From Nitrospirales bacterium (GTDB lineage Bacteria; Nitrospirota; Nitrospiria; Nitrospirales; UBA8639), in contig OY820905.2 in assembly GCA_963555755.3 (NCBI GenBank), forward strand, positions 1,600,001 to 1,664,000: a DNA stretch of 64,000 bases, given 5' to 3'. Each line of letters begins with the position of its first letter. Position 1 is the first letter of the stretch. This document shows positions 9,777-18,721 of this stretch, one piece after another. Position numbers and translations under genes: made by a program. The notes beneath the pieces were generated by a model, which was given only the letters and a program-made list of their open reading frames with translations, had not been told where the DNA came from and did not search any database.

Positions 9777-9919
9777 AGGGTACCTCTAAAAACTAGGCAT
9801 TTTTTGTGAGGGCAAGGAAGCCGCGCGCGGAAAACCGGAGTGTATGGGCGAATACATGAGGATGTGAGCACGCGGCTGACGCCGCCATCACGGAAAAGGA
9901 CGGTCTTTAGAGGTGCCCT
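9777..9919. mobile_element. MITE with terminal IRs AGGGTACCTCTAAA / TTTAGAGGTGCCCT
   Basis: 14-bp near-perfect IRs around a 143-bp non-coding structured interior. Confidence 0.75.
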
Positions 9920-10483
9920 TTACTTCGCCGACTCACATTCCCTCCACCTGATACGTTTATTTCTGAGAAATACTACGCCCTTGGCCATAAGCATAATCGG
10001 CGCCCACACGAAGAGAGCTTCACTGGCGATCACGTGTAACCCGCGCAGTCCAAAAAAATCTGCCCCAATCGGGGAAACCACAATTGGGGTCCAGGGGAAA
10101 AAATACCGGGTATTATCAAAGGGCGCAAAAAACGCCACACCCAAGCCCCCATTCGTCAGTGCATCCAACACCCCATGAGACGCCGTCACCAGAAAGAAAT
10201 GCGTGACCAAGACCCACCACGTTTTTGATCCTCGTGGTATTCCGGGAAATCCCCACACGACAGTCAGCATTGCCACACCAAAGGCAAAACACAGTGAGTG
10301 CATCAAGCCACGATGCCCCAACACGTGGCTATACTCAATGCCCCAGGCATAGCCAAGGACATCCGCATCGGGCACAATCGAACAGAAGATTGATAACACC
10401 CAAAAGCGCGTGGTCCGGATATGAAATGGCTGGGCCTTTCCCAAGGCTCCAGCCAAAAAGGCATGTGTCAACCAAGAGGCCAT
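9920..10483 (-). CDS. Membrane metal-dependent hydrolase (YdjM/DUF457-like)
   Basis: THA, PDAD, GHRGLMHS, SHGVLDALTNGG.GV..FAPF motifs. Confidence 0.9.
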   Translation of the reverse strand: MASWLTHAFLAGALGKAQPFHIRTTRFWVLSIFCSIVPDADVLGYAWGIEYSHVLGHRGLMHSLCFAFGVAMLTVVWGFPGIPRGSKTWWVLVTHFFLVTASHGVLDALTNGGLGVAFFAPFDNTRYFFPWTPIVVSPIGADFFGLRGLHVIASEALFVWAPIMLMAKGVVFLRNKRIRWRECESAK

Positions 10484-10661
10484 AGATTCTCACCCACGTT
10501 TAGCCGTGACTTCCGTACCACACATTCTCCCCCCCATAATAGAAAGATTATAATGAATCCACGAAAGACGCACTCAATTCTTTTACGGCAACCTTTCCCC
10601 TCTGCTTTATGGCTATTTCAATTAACTTCCGTTGTCTCTGCGGCTGGCGGGAGCACAAGAG

Positions 10662-10779
10662 CGTAAACCCGAAACTCGAATATCGAAATCCGAAACACAT
10701 GAGAATGACCAATTTGAAAAACTCGAATTTAAGATTTCGGATGTATTTCGACATTCGATATTCGTATTTCGAGTTTATG
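10662..10779. repeat. Long hairpin built from 7-mer repeats (AAAYYCG-type / CGRRTTT-type)
   Basis: CGTAAACCCGAAACTCGAATATCGAAATCCGAAAC pairs with ATTTCGACATTCGATATTCGTATTTCGAGTTTATG. Confidence 0.75.
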
Positions 10780-10834
10780 GAACTGATTTGAAATGACTAT
10801 AATCACCAAGAGGGTCCCCCACCGATAACTCGCC

Positions 10835-12688
10835 ATGTCACGCAATACCATTATGACCCATGTGTGGCTGCTGACTGGCTTCCTGCTCCTGCTGCCAGTT
10901 CAGGGCATTGGGCAACAACCCAGCCCTTATCAGATCCAAACCCAGGGAGAAGACATTTCATATACTCGGACATCCCGGTACCTCATGATGCGAGATGGCA
11001 TCAAACTCGCCATCGATGTGTATCTTCCTACCTCCTGGCAAGCTGGCCAACGACTGCCCACCATGCTTCATCAAACACGGTATTGGCGAGCCATGGCCTA
11101 CCGATGGCCCCTGAGCGTGTTTAAAGAGACCCTTCCACGAGGGCTCATCGGCCAATACACCAAGCGCTTTTTGGCGAATGGATACGCGTGGGTGAGTATC
11201 GACGTTCGTGGGTCGGGAGCCTCTTTTGGCAGTCGCCGATATTCTCATTCCCCGGAAGAAATCAAAGATGGCGCGGAAATCGTCGAATGGATTGTTCAGC
11301 AGCCATGGTCGAATGGCAAGGTCGGCTCTTTAGGGATTTCATACTCCGGCGCCTCGGCTGAACTCCTCTTGGTGAACCAGCACCCAGCTGTCAAAGCCGT
11401 GGCACCGATGTTTTCAGGCTTCGACTTGTATCCGGAAATTATCTATCCCGGTGGCATTCATCTGAGCTGGTTTACGAAAACGTGGTATCACATCACCAAA
11501 AACCTGGATCGCAATACCCTGCCTTTCGGCAGTTGGCTGGGCGCACTCGCTATCCAGGGAGTACACCCCGTCGATGTGGATCGTGATGAGAGGTTGCTTG
11601 ATCAAGCCATCGCCGCTCACGCGTTCAATTGGAACCCACACAAAGAAGCATTGGGAATCATCTTTCGTGATGATGCGCCCTCCTCGAGCCCAGTCCCCAA
11701 CATCGATGCCTTGGGACCGGTGTGGTACCACGAAAAAATCGACAGCTCGGGCGCCGCGATGTATAGCTATACCGGATGGTTTGATGGAGGCTATCAACAT
11801 GCCGCCATTCGACGACATCTGACGAACCCCAATAATAAATTGATCATCGGCCCGTGGGACCATGGGGGACGCCGGCGCATCAGCCCTTACAGCATCGGGC
11901 CGGTTCAGTTTGATCACGCCGGCGAACTATTGAAATTTTTTGATTACCATCTCAAAGGCATCCAAACAGGGATTAATCGGGAAAAGCCAATCCACTATTT
12001 CACCATGGGCGAGGAGCAATGGAAATCGACCACCTCCTGGCCACCAACGGCAACACCCGTCACATTGCACCTCGCACCAAATTTTGAGTTGCGCGAAGAA
12101 CCGCCTGCAGACGAACACACACAAGACATCTACAAGGTCGATCCCACAGCCGGCACGGGACGGGAGTCCCGCTGGCATACGCTTGTCGGCTTGCCAATCA
12201 ACGATCCCTATCCCGACAGAATAGAACAAGACAAAAAGTTGTTGGTATATACCTCCCCTCCCCTGGAGGATGACTGGGAAGTCACGGGCCATCCTTCTGT
12301 GACCCTGTACTTCAACATCTCAGGCAAAGACGCCACGGTCTTCGCCTATCTCGAAGACGTGAACGAAGAAGGCACCGTCTCGTACGTGACGGAAGGCATG
12401 CTCAGGGCCATTCATAGGAAATTGAGCCAAACACCCGCCCCTTACCGTGATCCTGTTCCCTACCGAACCTACCTCCAAGCCGATAGCCAACCGATCATTC
12501 CTGGGAAGGTCACCACTCTAACATTCAACCTGCTTCCCACCTCCTACCTCTTCAAAAAAGGGCACCGAATTCGCTTGGCCATTGCCGGTAGTGATAGGGA
12601 TCATTTTCGACCATTGCCAGGTCTCTTGCCCTTATTTAGGGTCATAAGAAATCATATGCCTTCCCATTTGACTAAGGTTAGTCCCTAG
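10835..12688 (+). CDS. CocE/NonD family hydrolase with signal peptide; native C-terminus displaced by IS1595
   Basis: MRDGIKLAIDVYLP, DVRGSGASFG, GISYSG nucleophile motif, IIGPWDH. The native tail QMSPSHLILPIVTN* lies after the IS and ends at 13717. Confidence 0.92.
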   Translation: MSRNTIMTHVWLLTGFLLLLPVQGIGQQPSPYQIQTQGEDISYTRTSRYLMMRDGIKLAIDVYLPTSWQAGQRLPTMLHQTRYWRAMAYRWPLSVFKETLPRGLIGQYTKRFLANGYAWVSIDVRGSGASFGSRRYSHSPEEIKDGAEIVEWIVQQPWSNGKVGSLGISYSGASAELLLVNQHPAVKAVAPMFSGFDLYPEIIYPGGIHLSWFTKTWYHITKNLDRNTLPFGSWLGALAIQGVHPVDVDRDERLLDQAIAAHAFNWNPHKEALGIIFRDDAPSSSPVPNIDALGPVWYHEKIDSSGAAMYSYTGWFDGGYQHAAIRRHLTNPNNKLIIGPWDHGGRRRISPYSIGPVQFDHAGELLKFFDYHLKGIQTGINREKPIHYFTMGEEQWKSTTSWPPTATPVTLHLAPNFELREEPPADEHTQDIYKVDPTAGTGRESRWHTLVGLPINDPYPDRIEQDKKLLVYTSPPLEDDWEVTGHPSVTLYFNISGKDATVFAYLEDVNEEGTVSYVTEGMLRAIHRKLSQTPAPYRDPVPYRTYLQADSQPIIPGKVTTLTFNLLPTSYLFKKGHRIRLAIAGSDRDHFRPLPGLLPLFRVIRNHMPSHLTKVSP

Positions 12689-13666
12689 ACTAGTCTGCTG
12701 GACTATGGACACAGGGTATGCTGCTGATATCTTGGATTTTTCTGTTAGGTTCCACACCGAAGAAGCGTGCTTCGAGTACTTGCGGGCGATTCGGTGGCCA
12801 GACGGGTTTATGTGTCCAGCTTGCGGTCATCGCGGTGGTTGGTGGCTCAAAAAATATTTCCGGTTTGAGTGTTCGTCGTGTCATAGACAGACATCACCGC
12901 TAAGCGGCACAGTGATGCATAGATCGCACTTGCCGCTACGGCTTTGGTTTTGGGCTGCCTATTTCGTCTCCACGCACACACCTGGCATCAGTGCTGTGCA
13001 ATTGCAGCGTCAACTCAGTATCAAGAAGGTGGATAGCGCCTGGTATTTGCTCCACAGATTGCGACGAGGAATGGTACGACAGAACCGTGAACGGCTCGCA
13101 GGAACAGTTGAAGCCGATGAAACCCATATCGGTGGACCGGTAAAAGGCAAAACGGGCCGTGGCGTCGCGAAAGCGAAAACCAAGACGTTAATAGCCGGAG
13201 CCGTAGAAATTGTCACGTACACACAAGGGGATCACTTTCGAGAGAAAGCAGGGCGTTTACGATTAGCGATTCTTCAAGACGCTGGAGAGAACGAGATCAA
13301 AGCATTCCTCAATAGCCATGTCGCTGAGGGCAGTAAGATCAAGTCCGATGGTTGGAAGGGATACTCGGCAAAAGCCTTGGCAGGATACGAACACCTGAGA
13401 CGGACCCAGGGTGACCCAGCAAGTGCTGGGAAGCACGCTCCACACATCCATAGAGCGTTCGGCAATCTGCAGACCTGGCTGAACGGGATTCACCATGGAG
13501 TGGATTCAAAATACCTGCAACACTATCTTGATGAGTTTGTCTTTCGCTATAACCGCCGTGAGACTCCAATGAGTACCTTCCAGAGTTTGTTGAAAATCCT
13601 GACCAGCAGCTCAAAACCCTTGGGATTCAATAAACTGAAGCAACCTTAGTTAAATGGGAAGGCATA
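12655..13666 (+). mobile_element. IS1595-family insertion sequence with 8-bp target duplication AGAAATCA
   Basis: IRs TATGCCTTCCCATTTGACTAAGG and CCTTAGTTAAATGGGAAGGCATA. TSD at 12647-12654 and 13667-13674. Confidence 0.95.
12705..13649 (+). CDS. IS1595-family transposase (ISXo2-like domain)
   Basis: Zinc ribbon RWPDGFMCPAC..C..C, VEADET, IKSDG, HGVDSKYLQHYLDEFVFRYNRR. The ORF is intact. Confidence 0.93.
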   Translation: MDTGYAADILDFSVRFHTEEACFEYLRAIRWPDGFMCPACGHRGGWWLKKYFRFECSSCHRQTSPLSGTVMHRSHLPLRLWFWAAYFVSTHTPGISAVQLQRQLSIKKVDSAWYLLHRLRRGMVRQNRERLAGTVEADETHIGGPVKGKTGRGVAKAKTKTLIAGAVEIVTYTQGDHFREKAGRLRLAILQDAGENEIKAFLNSHVAEGSKIKSDGWKGYSAKALAGYEHLRRTQGDPASAGKHAPHIHRAFGNLQTWLNGIHHGVDSKYLQHYLDEFVFRYNRRETPMSTFQSLLKILTSSSKPLGFNKLKQP

Positions 13667-14265
13667 AGAAATCAAATGTCCCCATCCCATCTTATATTGC
13701 CCATCGTGACCAATTAGAAGTCCTCATACACCATTTATTCACAGATACTTGCTGCATTCTACGTAAAAAAAATTCCGCAACCATTTGAATACTTGTGAAT
13801 TTTTAAACAAGTTTGTCTTCGTCCACTAAAATTGGGGACAACCTTGTGGATTAGTTTCGTACAACAGAAAATGACTAAGATAGGATGGGATTTTTGACCT
13901 AGTTGCCTATTAAAAAGGCATTGTGGTTACGACATTCACACCACAAAATCCATGGTGGGGAAGACCCTTGCGGGAGGTTACGTAGACCGATGGGTACACC
14001 CCTCAACCTGACTTCGAGGGAATGTTCAAAAAGCGGATCAGTGGCAACTTTGGTGGAGTCGGGGCCTATTGTGTGGCCATGCTGTGGTGATGCCCAACCA
14101 GGGTCCCAGCATCATCCTTGTAATGGCGCCCCTTATAGGTACCCCATCCCTTTCCCTAAACCAGGGCAGGCAAGGTCAACCTCTCGTCTAGTGTTTCTCT
14201 CTGTTCTTGCTCGTATGGACGCTCACTCTCTACCGTGATGGTTATGGGGAAACGGCCTTCCCTTT

Positions 14266-14362
14266 GTGTCATGTCGAACGGATGTGAGAAATCCTTGAAA
14301 GGTTGGAAGAGATCTCTCGCTTTGCTCGAGACAAGGATTTCTCTCGTTGGTCGAAATGACAC
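14266..14362. repeat. REP-like nested inverted repeat (GTGTCATGTCGA...TCGAAATGACAC)
   Basis: Terminal IR plus an internal GAGAAATCCTTG / CAAGGATTTCTC pair. Confidence 0.7.
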
Positions 14363-14500
14363 GAGCCTGAGGTTCATCGAATAGGCACACGCATTGATGA
14401 AACCCTACCCTAGGAGTGGGGGCATGGTCTAGGCATCCACATCCGGGACCCCCTTGACGGGAATACCAAACGAGGGGCTAGCCTCACTCCACCAAAATTG

Positions 14501-14752
14501 TGATTGATCCCAAAAAGCATGCCCTCGCGGAGGCGGAGGGTTGGTCCAATCCTGTCCTGAGTTTATCGAAGGAAAGGCCGCAGCCATGTTGACGTACGGA
14601 GCGTACATGGAGTACGTGAGCACGGCAAAATGGCGACCTGCCTGCGGGCTGCGCGTTGTGGCGGCTACAGCGCGTACACGCGGAGGCAAGGAACGCCGCT
14701 GGCATGTCTGCCGTGGCCTTGGCGAAGGCTGGCGGCTTTTTTCAACATTCTC
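14501..14752 (-). mobile_element. MITE of the same family as 23172-23293, carrying extra inserted palindromes
   Basis: Shares GAATGTTGAAAAA, GTGCTCACGTAC..GTACGCTCCG and GCTGCGGCCTT with the 23.2-kb copy, on the reverse strand. Confidence 0.7.
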
Positions 14753-14791
14753 AATGTTCGCTTTTTTAACCAAACCGGGTAGGATTGGGAA

Positions 14792-14950
14792 AGGGTTCGC
14801 GCAAGAATAACTTCCCCTGTTTGGGTGCTGAGACGCATGTCTGGCAAGACGCGAGGACTGCGCATACTCCTCGTATGGAAAGGACGAGCAACGCTGCCAG
14901 ACGGGATGGATCAACGCCCAAACATGGGAAGTTATTTTTGTGCGAGCCCT
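14792..14950 (+). mobile_element. MITE family A, copy 1 (159 bp)
   Basis: Long terminal IRs AGGGTTCGCGCAAGAATAACTTCCC; near-identical to 18504-18662 and 21697-21855. Confidence 0.9.
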
Positions 14951-15002
14951 AACACACACAAAGAAAAGATACTGACATCTGTCCCTCATCAGGAGAATTG
15001 TT

Positions 15003-15773
15003 ATGCCAAAAACATTCATGAGCCTCTTCATACTCTTAATGAGTGTGTGTTGGCACACCCAGGATGCTCAAGCCAAATTCGGCTGGGCCGATGCGGATAT
15101 CGTTCTGGACTATGGAGTAGAAGTCGAGCCGGGGGAGAGACAGGTCATCATCGACCAAGCAGAAGTGGGCTATCCATTTCAAGTGGATGTCGTGTGGCGA
15201 CTGCACCCAAAAGACTGCCTCATCCAAACCCTACAAGACCGAGATGGTGACGGCACACCAGAATGGCAGACGCAATCAGATGACCAGCTGTTTCATGGTA
15301 ACCCTCGGCACGCCATCGCCTCCAATATTGAAACCCTGGCTGTCAGCGCAAAAGAAGGAAAGCCCTGTTACATGGATCCACAGAAAGATGAATTCCTCGT
15401 GGTCTCCGAAATACAACACCTCGAGGAAAAGAACACAGCGCCAACATCATCCATACCGCTGGGCGCACCGCTGGGCGCCACCGTGATGATTCTCCGGGCT
15501 ACCTCATTTTTTACCCCACAGGTGGTGACCATCAAAGCCGGAGAACGCATCGTCTGGATTTACGCCGATGGCGCGAAGGAACCACATACCGCAAGGAGTG
15601 GAGCATGCCGCGGAACAGATTGCACCGAAGGCGGGAGAAAATTCGACAGCGGCGAAACGCTCAACAAAGCCGGCCACCGTTTTGAACACATCTTCAAACA
15701 CCCAGGAACCTTTCCCTACCATTGTGCCCTACATACCGCCAGCATGATCGGAACCATCATCGTCAAACCATAA
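15003..15773 (+). CDS. Secreted protein with a C-terminal cupredoxin (plastocyanin/azurin-like) domain
   Basis: AGGAG RBS and signal peptide. F.PQVVTIKAGE.IVW, PHT and FKHPGTFPYHCALHTASMIGTIIV give the type-1 Cu ligands H/C/H/M. Confidence 0.88.
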   Translation: MPKTFMSLFILLMSVCWHTQDAQAKFGWADADIVLDYGVEVEPGERQVIIDQAEVGYPFQVDVVWRLHPKDCLIQTLQDRDGDGTPEWQTQSDDQLFHGNPRHAIASNIETLAVSAKEGKPCYMDPQKDEFLVVSEIQHLEEKNTAPTSSIPLGAPLGATVMILRATSFFTPQVVTIKAGERIVWIYADGAKEPHTARSGACRGTDCTEGGRKFDSGETLNKAGHRFEHIFKHPGTFPYHCALHTASMIGTIIVKP

Positions 15774-15994
15774 TTAAAAAGTGAAAAATCTCTGAGCGCT
15801 CAGTATTGCGCTCCAGACCTGTGTGAGTTCCAGTAAAAAAGGAACTTGCCGTTAAGGCCCCTGGGAAGGCTCCGACATGGTAACCCCATAGCCCAAATGG
15901 CAAGTGGAATAAGAATTACACTGCCATGGTTCTCGGACGCTCACGCAGCAGAGCAAGCAAACTGTTAAAAAAAACAGATTTCACCAGCCTTACA

Positions 15995-16028
15995 ATGAAC
16001 TGCCCCACTGCAGGCAGCGGGGCATCAA
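15995..16028. repeat. Short palindrome TGCCCCACTGCAGGCAGCGGGGCA, resembling an IS200/IS605-type end hairpin
   Basis: GC-rich stem preceded by ATGAAC. Confidence 0.45.
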
Positions 16029-16624
16029 ATTTCCAAGATTCGAATTTGCACACGGCACACCGCGGAAAGTGACACATTTAAATCGAGTCTGACCCCTTTA
16101 ATTTTCTCTCGGCTTGCGGAAAGGTAAGATCTGATCAAAACGTGGTGAACAGGGACTATGAGGAAATAGGGCAATCCGATGATCTGTTGGAATATGCCGA
16201 ACGGGAGATCTTTCAACGAGCTCAGAGCCGATTAGGCTGTTTGTTTGTTTCCGTTTCGTCAAATCATTAAGAAAAGCATCGAGATTGTCGATCGGTGATA
16301 TACATGGTCTTACCCATAGCCCTCCTTTCTGGATCGAATCGCCATATCGTGAAACGGTATGTGTCGGCTCATCCTAAACACCTCGTGGAATTCTGTGAAG
16401 CGCATGTGTCATTCGATGGACACGGGACTTGAAGAGCACGTTGTGGCGTGGAAAGTTTTGGTTAAATGGCAACGATATGGAGACCGTGGGTGAGGGTGGG
16501 AATGAGCGGGTTGTCGAACCGTTTGTGCAGGAGAAAGGCACACCGCGAGAAGAAAAACGTCGGTTAAATCTTTTGTATATCCCCTGGTCTAGCCATGGGG
16601 TTCTGAATTGATCAATCGTTTGGG

Positions 16625-18424
16625 ATGGTGATGTTTGATCACAGAGAGGAAGGTGTCGTCACGTCACGAGTGATGCACATGAGAGAAAAACTGGCAGCTG
16701 TAGGATGCCTAATTCGCAAGAGGAGCGGGGTGTGTTCATCCTTTTTTTCCTGGAATACCTTCTGCCTCATTGTGATTGGATTGTCGGTTCTGATCTTAAG
16801 TACGAAAGGGCTAACGAATAGTGGAACCTTTTCGTTACAAGGGGATATGCCCCGATACATAATGAATGGGGTCTTCTTTCATGATTCGATCCAAGATTTT
16901 CCTTTCTCCGATCCCGTCCAATATGTGAAGGAATATTATGTTAGATATCCTGCTCTGAGTCTTGGCCATCATCCCCTTCTTCCTAGTCTTGCCGAGGTGC
17001 CGTTCTTTTTCCTATTTGGGATTTCAGTGTTCTCCGCCAAGGCCACCACGTTGGCCTTTGTGTTTCTTGGGATATTTGCTTGGTTTGAATTAGTGAAGAC
17101 ACTCTACAATTCTCATATTGCCTTCTTATCATCATTATTATTCCTGACCTCACCCATGATTGTGAAATTTTCCAGGGTCATGATGGCAGAAATCCCTGCT
17201 CTAGCCCTTATTATCGTGGCGACTTATTGGTTTTTTCGATACTGCAAGAACGAGCGGCCAAACGAGGCCTTTGGGTATGTGTTGAGTTTTGTGCTCGCCT
17301 GCTATGCGAAGCAAATGGTGATCTTCATGTTCCCAATTTTCTTTGTGTATCTGGGTGTGACTAAGGGAATACGGTTCCTCATGAAACAACAGACGATCAT
17401 GTCTTGTTTGGCCATCATCATTCTGTTAATACCCCTCGCCGTCATGACGTGGACACTTTCCCCAACCAATGTTTCGATGGTAACACAAAATATTGTGAAA
17501 CCTCTGGCGCCTCAGGCCGAGGAAGTCGAGAAGGGAAAAGAAGGAATTTTTCAGTCGGTGGGTTCCTACATCCATTGGAAACTTATCTCTACTGAATGGC
17601 TTTTTTACCCTACGGTACTGTGGAAGACGCAGGTCTCAGTCGTTCCCTTAGTATTGAGCGTGGGCGCGGTCGTGATGATGATCTGGCGGCGAGAAAAAAG
17701 GTCCTTGTATTTTTTCCTGTGGATTATAGCCATGTATGGAATGGTGACGTATATGGGAGTGCACATTCCTCGCTTAGGGATTTATTGGATTCCACCAGTC
17801 TGTCTTTTTGCGGCCTTAAGTCTAGAGGCTGTCAATTCCCGTGTGTGGCGGGTCGTGGTGGCGCTGTTACTGATTGGTTCAGTGGGATATCAGTTTGGGG
17901 TGGGGTATGCCTCTGAACCTGATTATGCCAAAGGATATGAGGAAGCGGCTTCCTATGTGGTGAATCATTCAAAGGGTGCGAGTGTGTTATATAGTGCAAA
18001 GGTGGATACCGGATACTTTATTTTCTTTGTGAGGAAATTTGACCCTGAAGGTCGTCTGGTCGTTCTTCGAGCCGATAAGGTACTGAGCACATCGCGTCTG
18101 GATCGAATAGTAGAGGAAAAAATTTCAACTCCAGGCGAACTGTATGATGTGCTTCAAGATTATGGAACCTGTTATATAGTGTTGGAAGAAGGGCACTATA
18201 CGTCACCAGCCCTTAATTTGTTGGCTGAAGAAGTTCAAAGCGAACAGTTTATTCGTAAACATACCATTTCGATGGATTCGAATAATCGACGGTTGCAGGG
18301 TGTGAATCTCGGAATTTTTGAATATCGAGAGTGTGGTCCTCCAAATAAAAATGCGCTGGTCAATTTCAATATCCCTCTCGCCAATCTGTCCATTCGTCTG
18401 AAATTTTCAGACGTCATTGACTAA
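16625..18424 (+). CDS. GT-C fold glycosyltransferase (ArnT/PMT, GT39/83-like)
   Basis: Multi-TM protein; GD..RY, HHPLLP, VMMAEIP, YAKQ and a periplasmic C-terminal domain. Exact start uncertain. Confidence 0.85.
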   Translation: MVMFDHREEGVVTSRVMHMREKLAAVGCLIRKRSGVCSSFFSWNTFCLIVIGLSVLILSTKGLTNSGTFSLQGDMPRYIMNGVFFHDSIQDFPFSDPVQYVKEYYVRYPALSLGHHPLLPSLAEVPFFFLFGISVFSAKATTLAFVFLGIFAWFELVKTLYNSHIAFLSSLLFLTSPMIVKFSRVMMAEIPALALIIVATYWFFRYCKNERPNEAFGYVLSFVLACYAKQMVIFMFPIFFVYLGVTKGIRFLMKQQTIMSCLAIIILLIPLAVMTWTLSPTNVSMVTQNIVKPLAPQAEEVEKGKEGIFQSVGSYIHWKLISTEWLFYPTVLWKTQVSVVPLVLSVGAVVMMIWRREKRSLYFFLWIIAMYGMVTYMGVHIPRLGIYWIPPVCLFAALSLEAVNSRVWRVVVALLLIGSVGYQFGVGYASEPDYAKGYEEAASYVVNHSKGASVLYSAKVDTGYFIFFVRKFDPEGRLVVLRADKVLSTSRLDRIVEEKISTPGELYDVLQDYGTCYIVLEEGHYTSPALNLLAEEVQSEQFIRKHTISMDSNNRRLQGVNLGIFEYRECGPPNKNALVNFNIPLANLSIRLKFSDVID

Positions 18425-18503
18425 ATCACGTTTAATCTTCATATTTCCCGAAAACATTCCACCGATACCCATTGAGCTCCCTTGGCCATGTCCACCCGGC
18501 TTA

Positions 18504-18662
18504 AGGGTTCGCGTAAGAATAACTTCCCCTGTTTGGGTGCTGAGACACCTGGCTGGCAAGGCGCGAGGACTGCGCATACTCCTCGTATGGAAAGGACGAG
18601 CAACGCCGCCAAACTGGATGGATCGACGCCCAAACAGGGGAAGTTATTCTTGCGCGAGCCCT
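18504..18662 (+). mobile_element. MITE family A, copy 2
   Basis: Matches 14792-14950. Confidence 0.9.
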
Positions 18663-18721
18663 AAGGGCTGCAATGCGGTTTTTTGCCCCTTCAGAATTGA
18701 TGACGGTAAGAAGTTCAAAAA

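Noticed and set aside
13940..14150. Possible structured ncRNA such as 6S
   Set aside because: No recognisable conserved motifs; would need an Infernal/Rfam search.
14429..15058. 209-aa minus-strand ORF and similar short ORFs at 18417-18770 and 21694-21900
   Set aside because: They are translations of MITE sequence.
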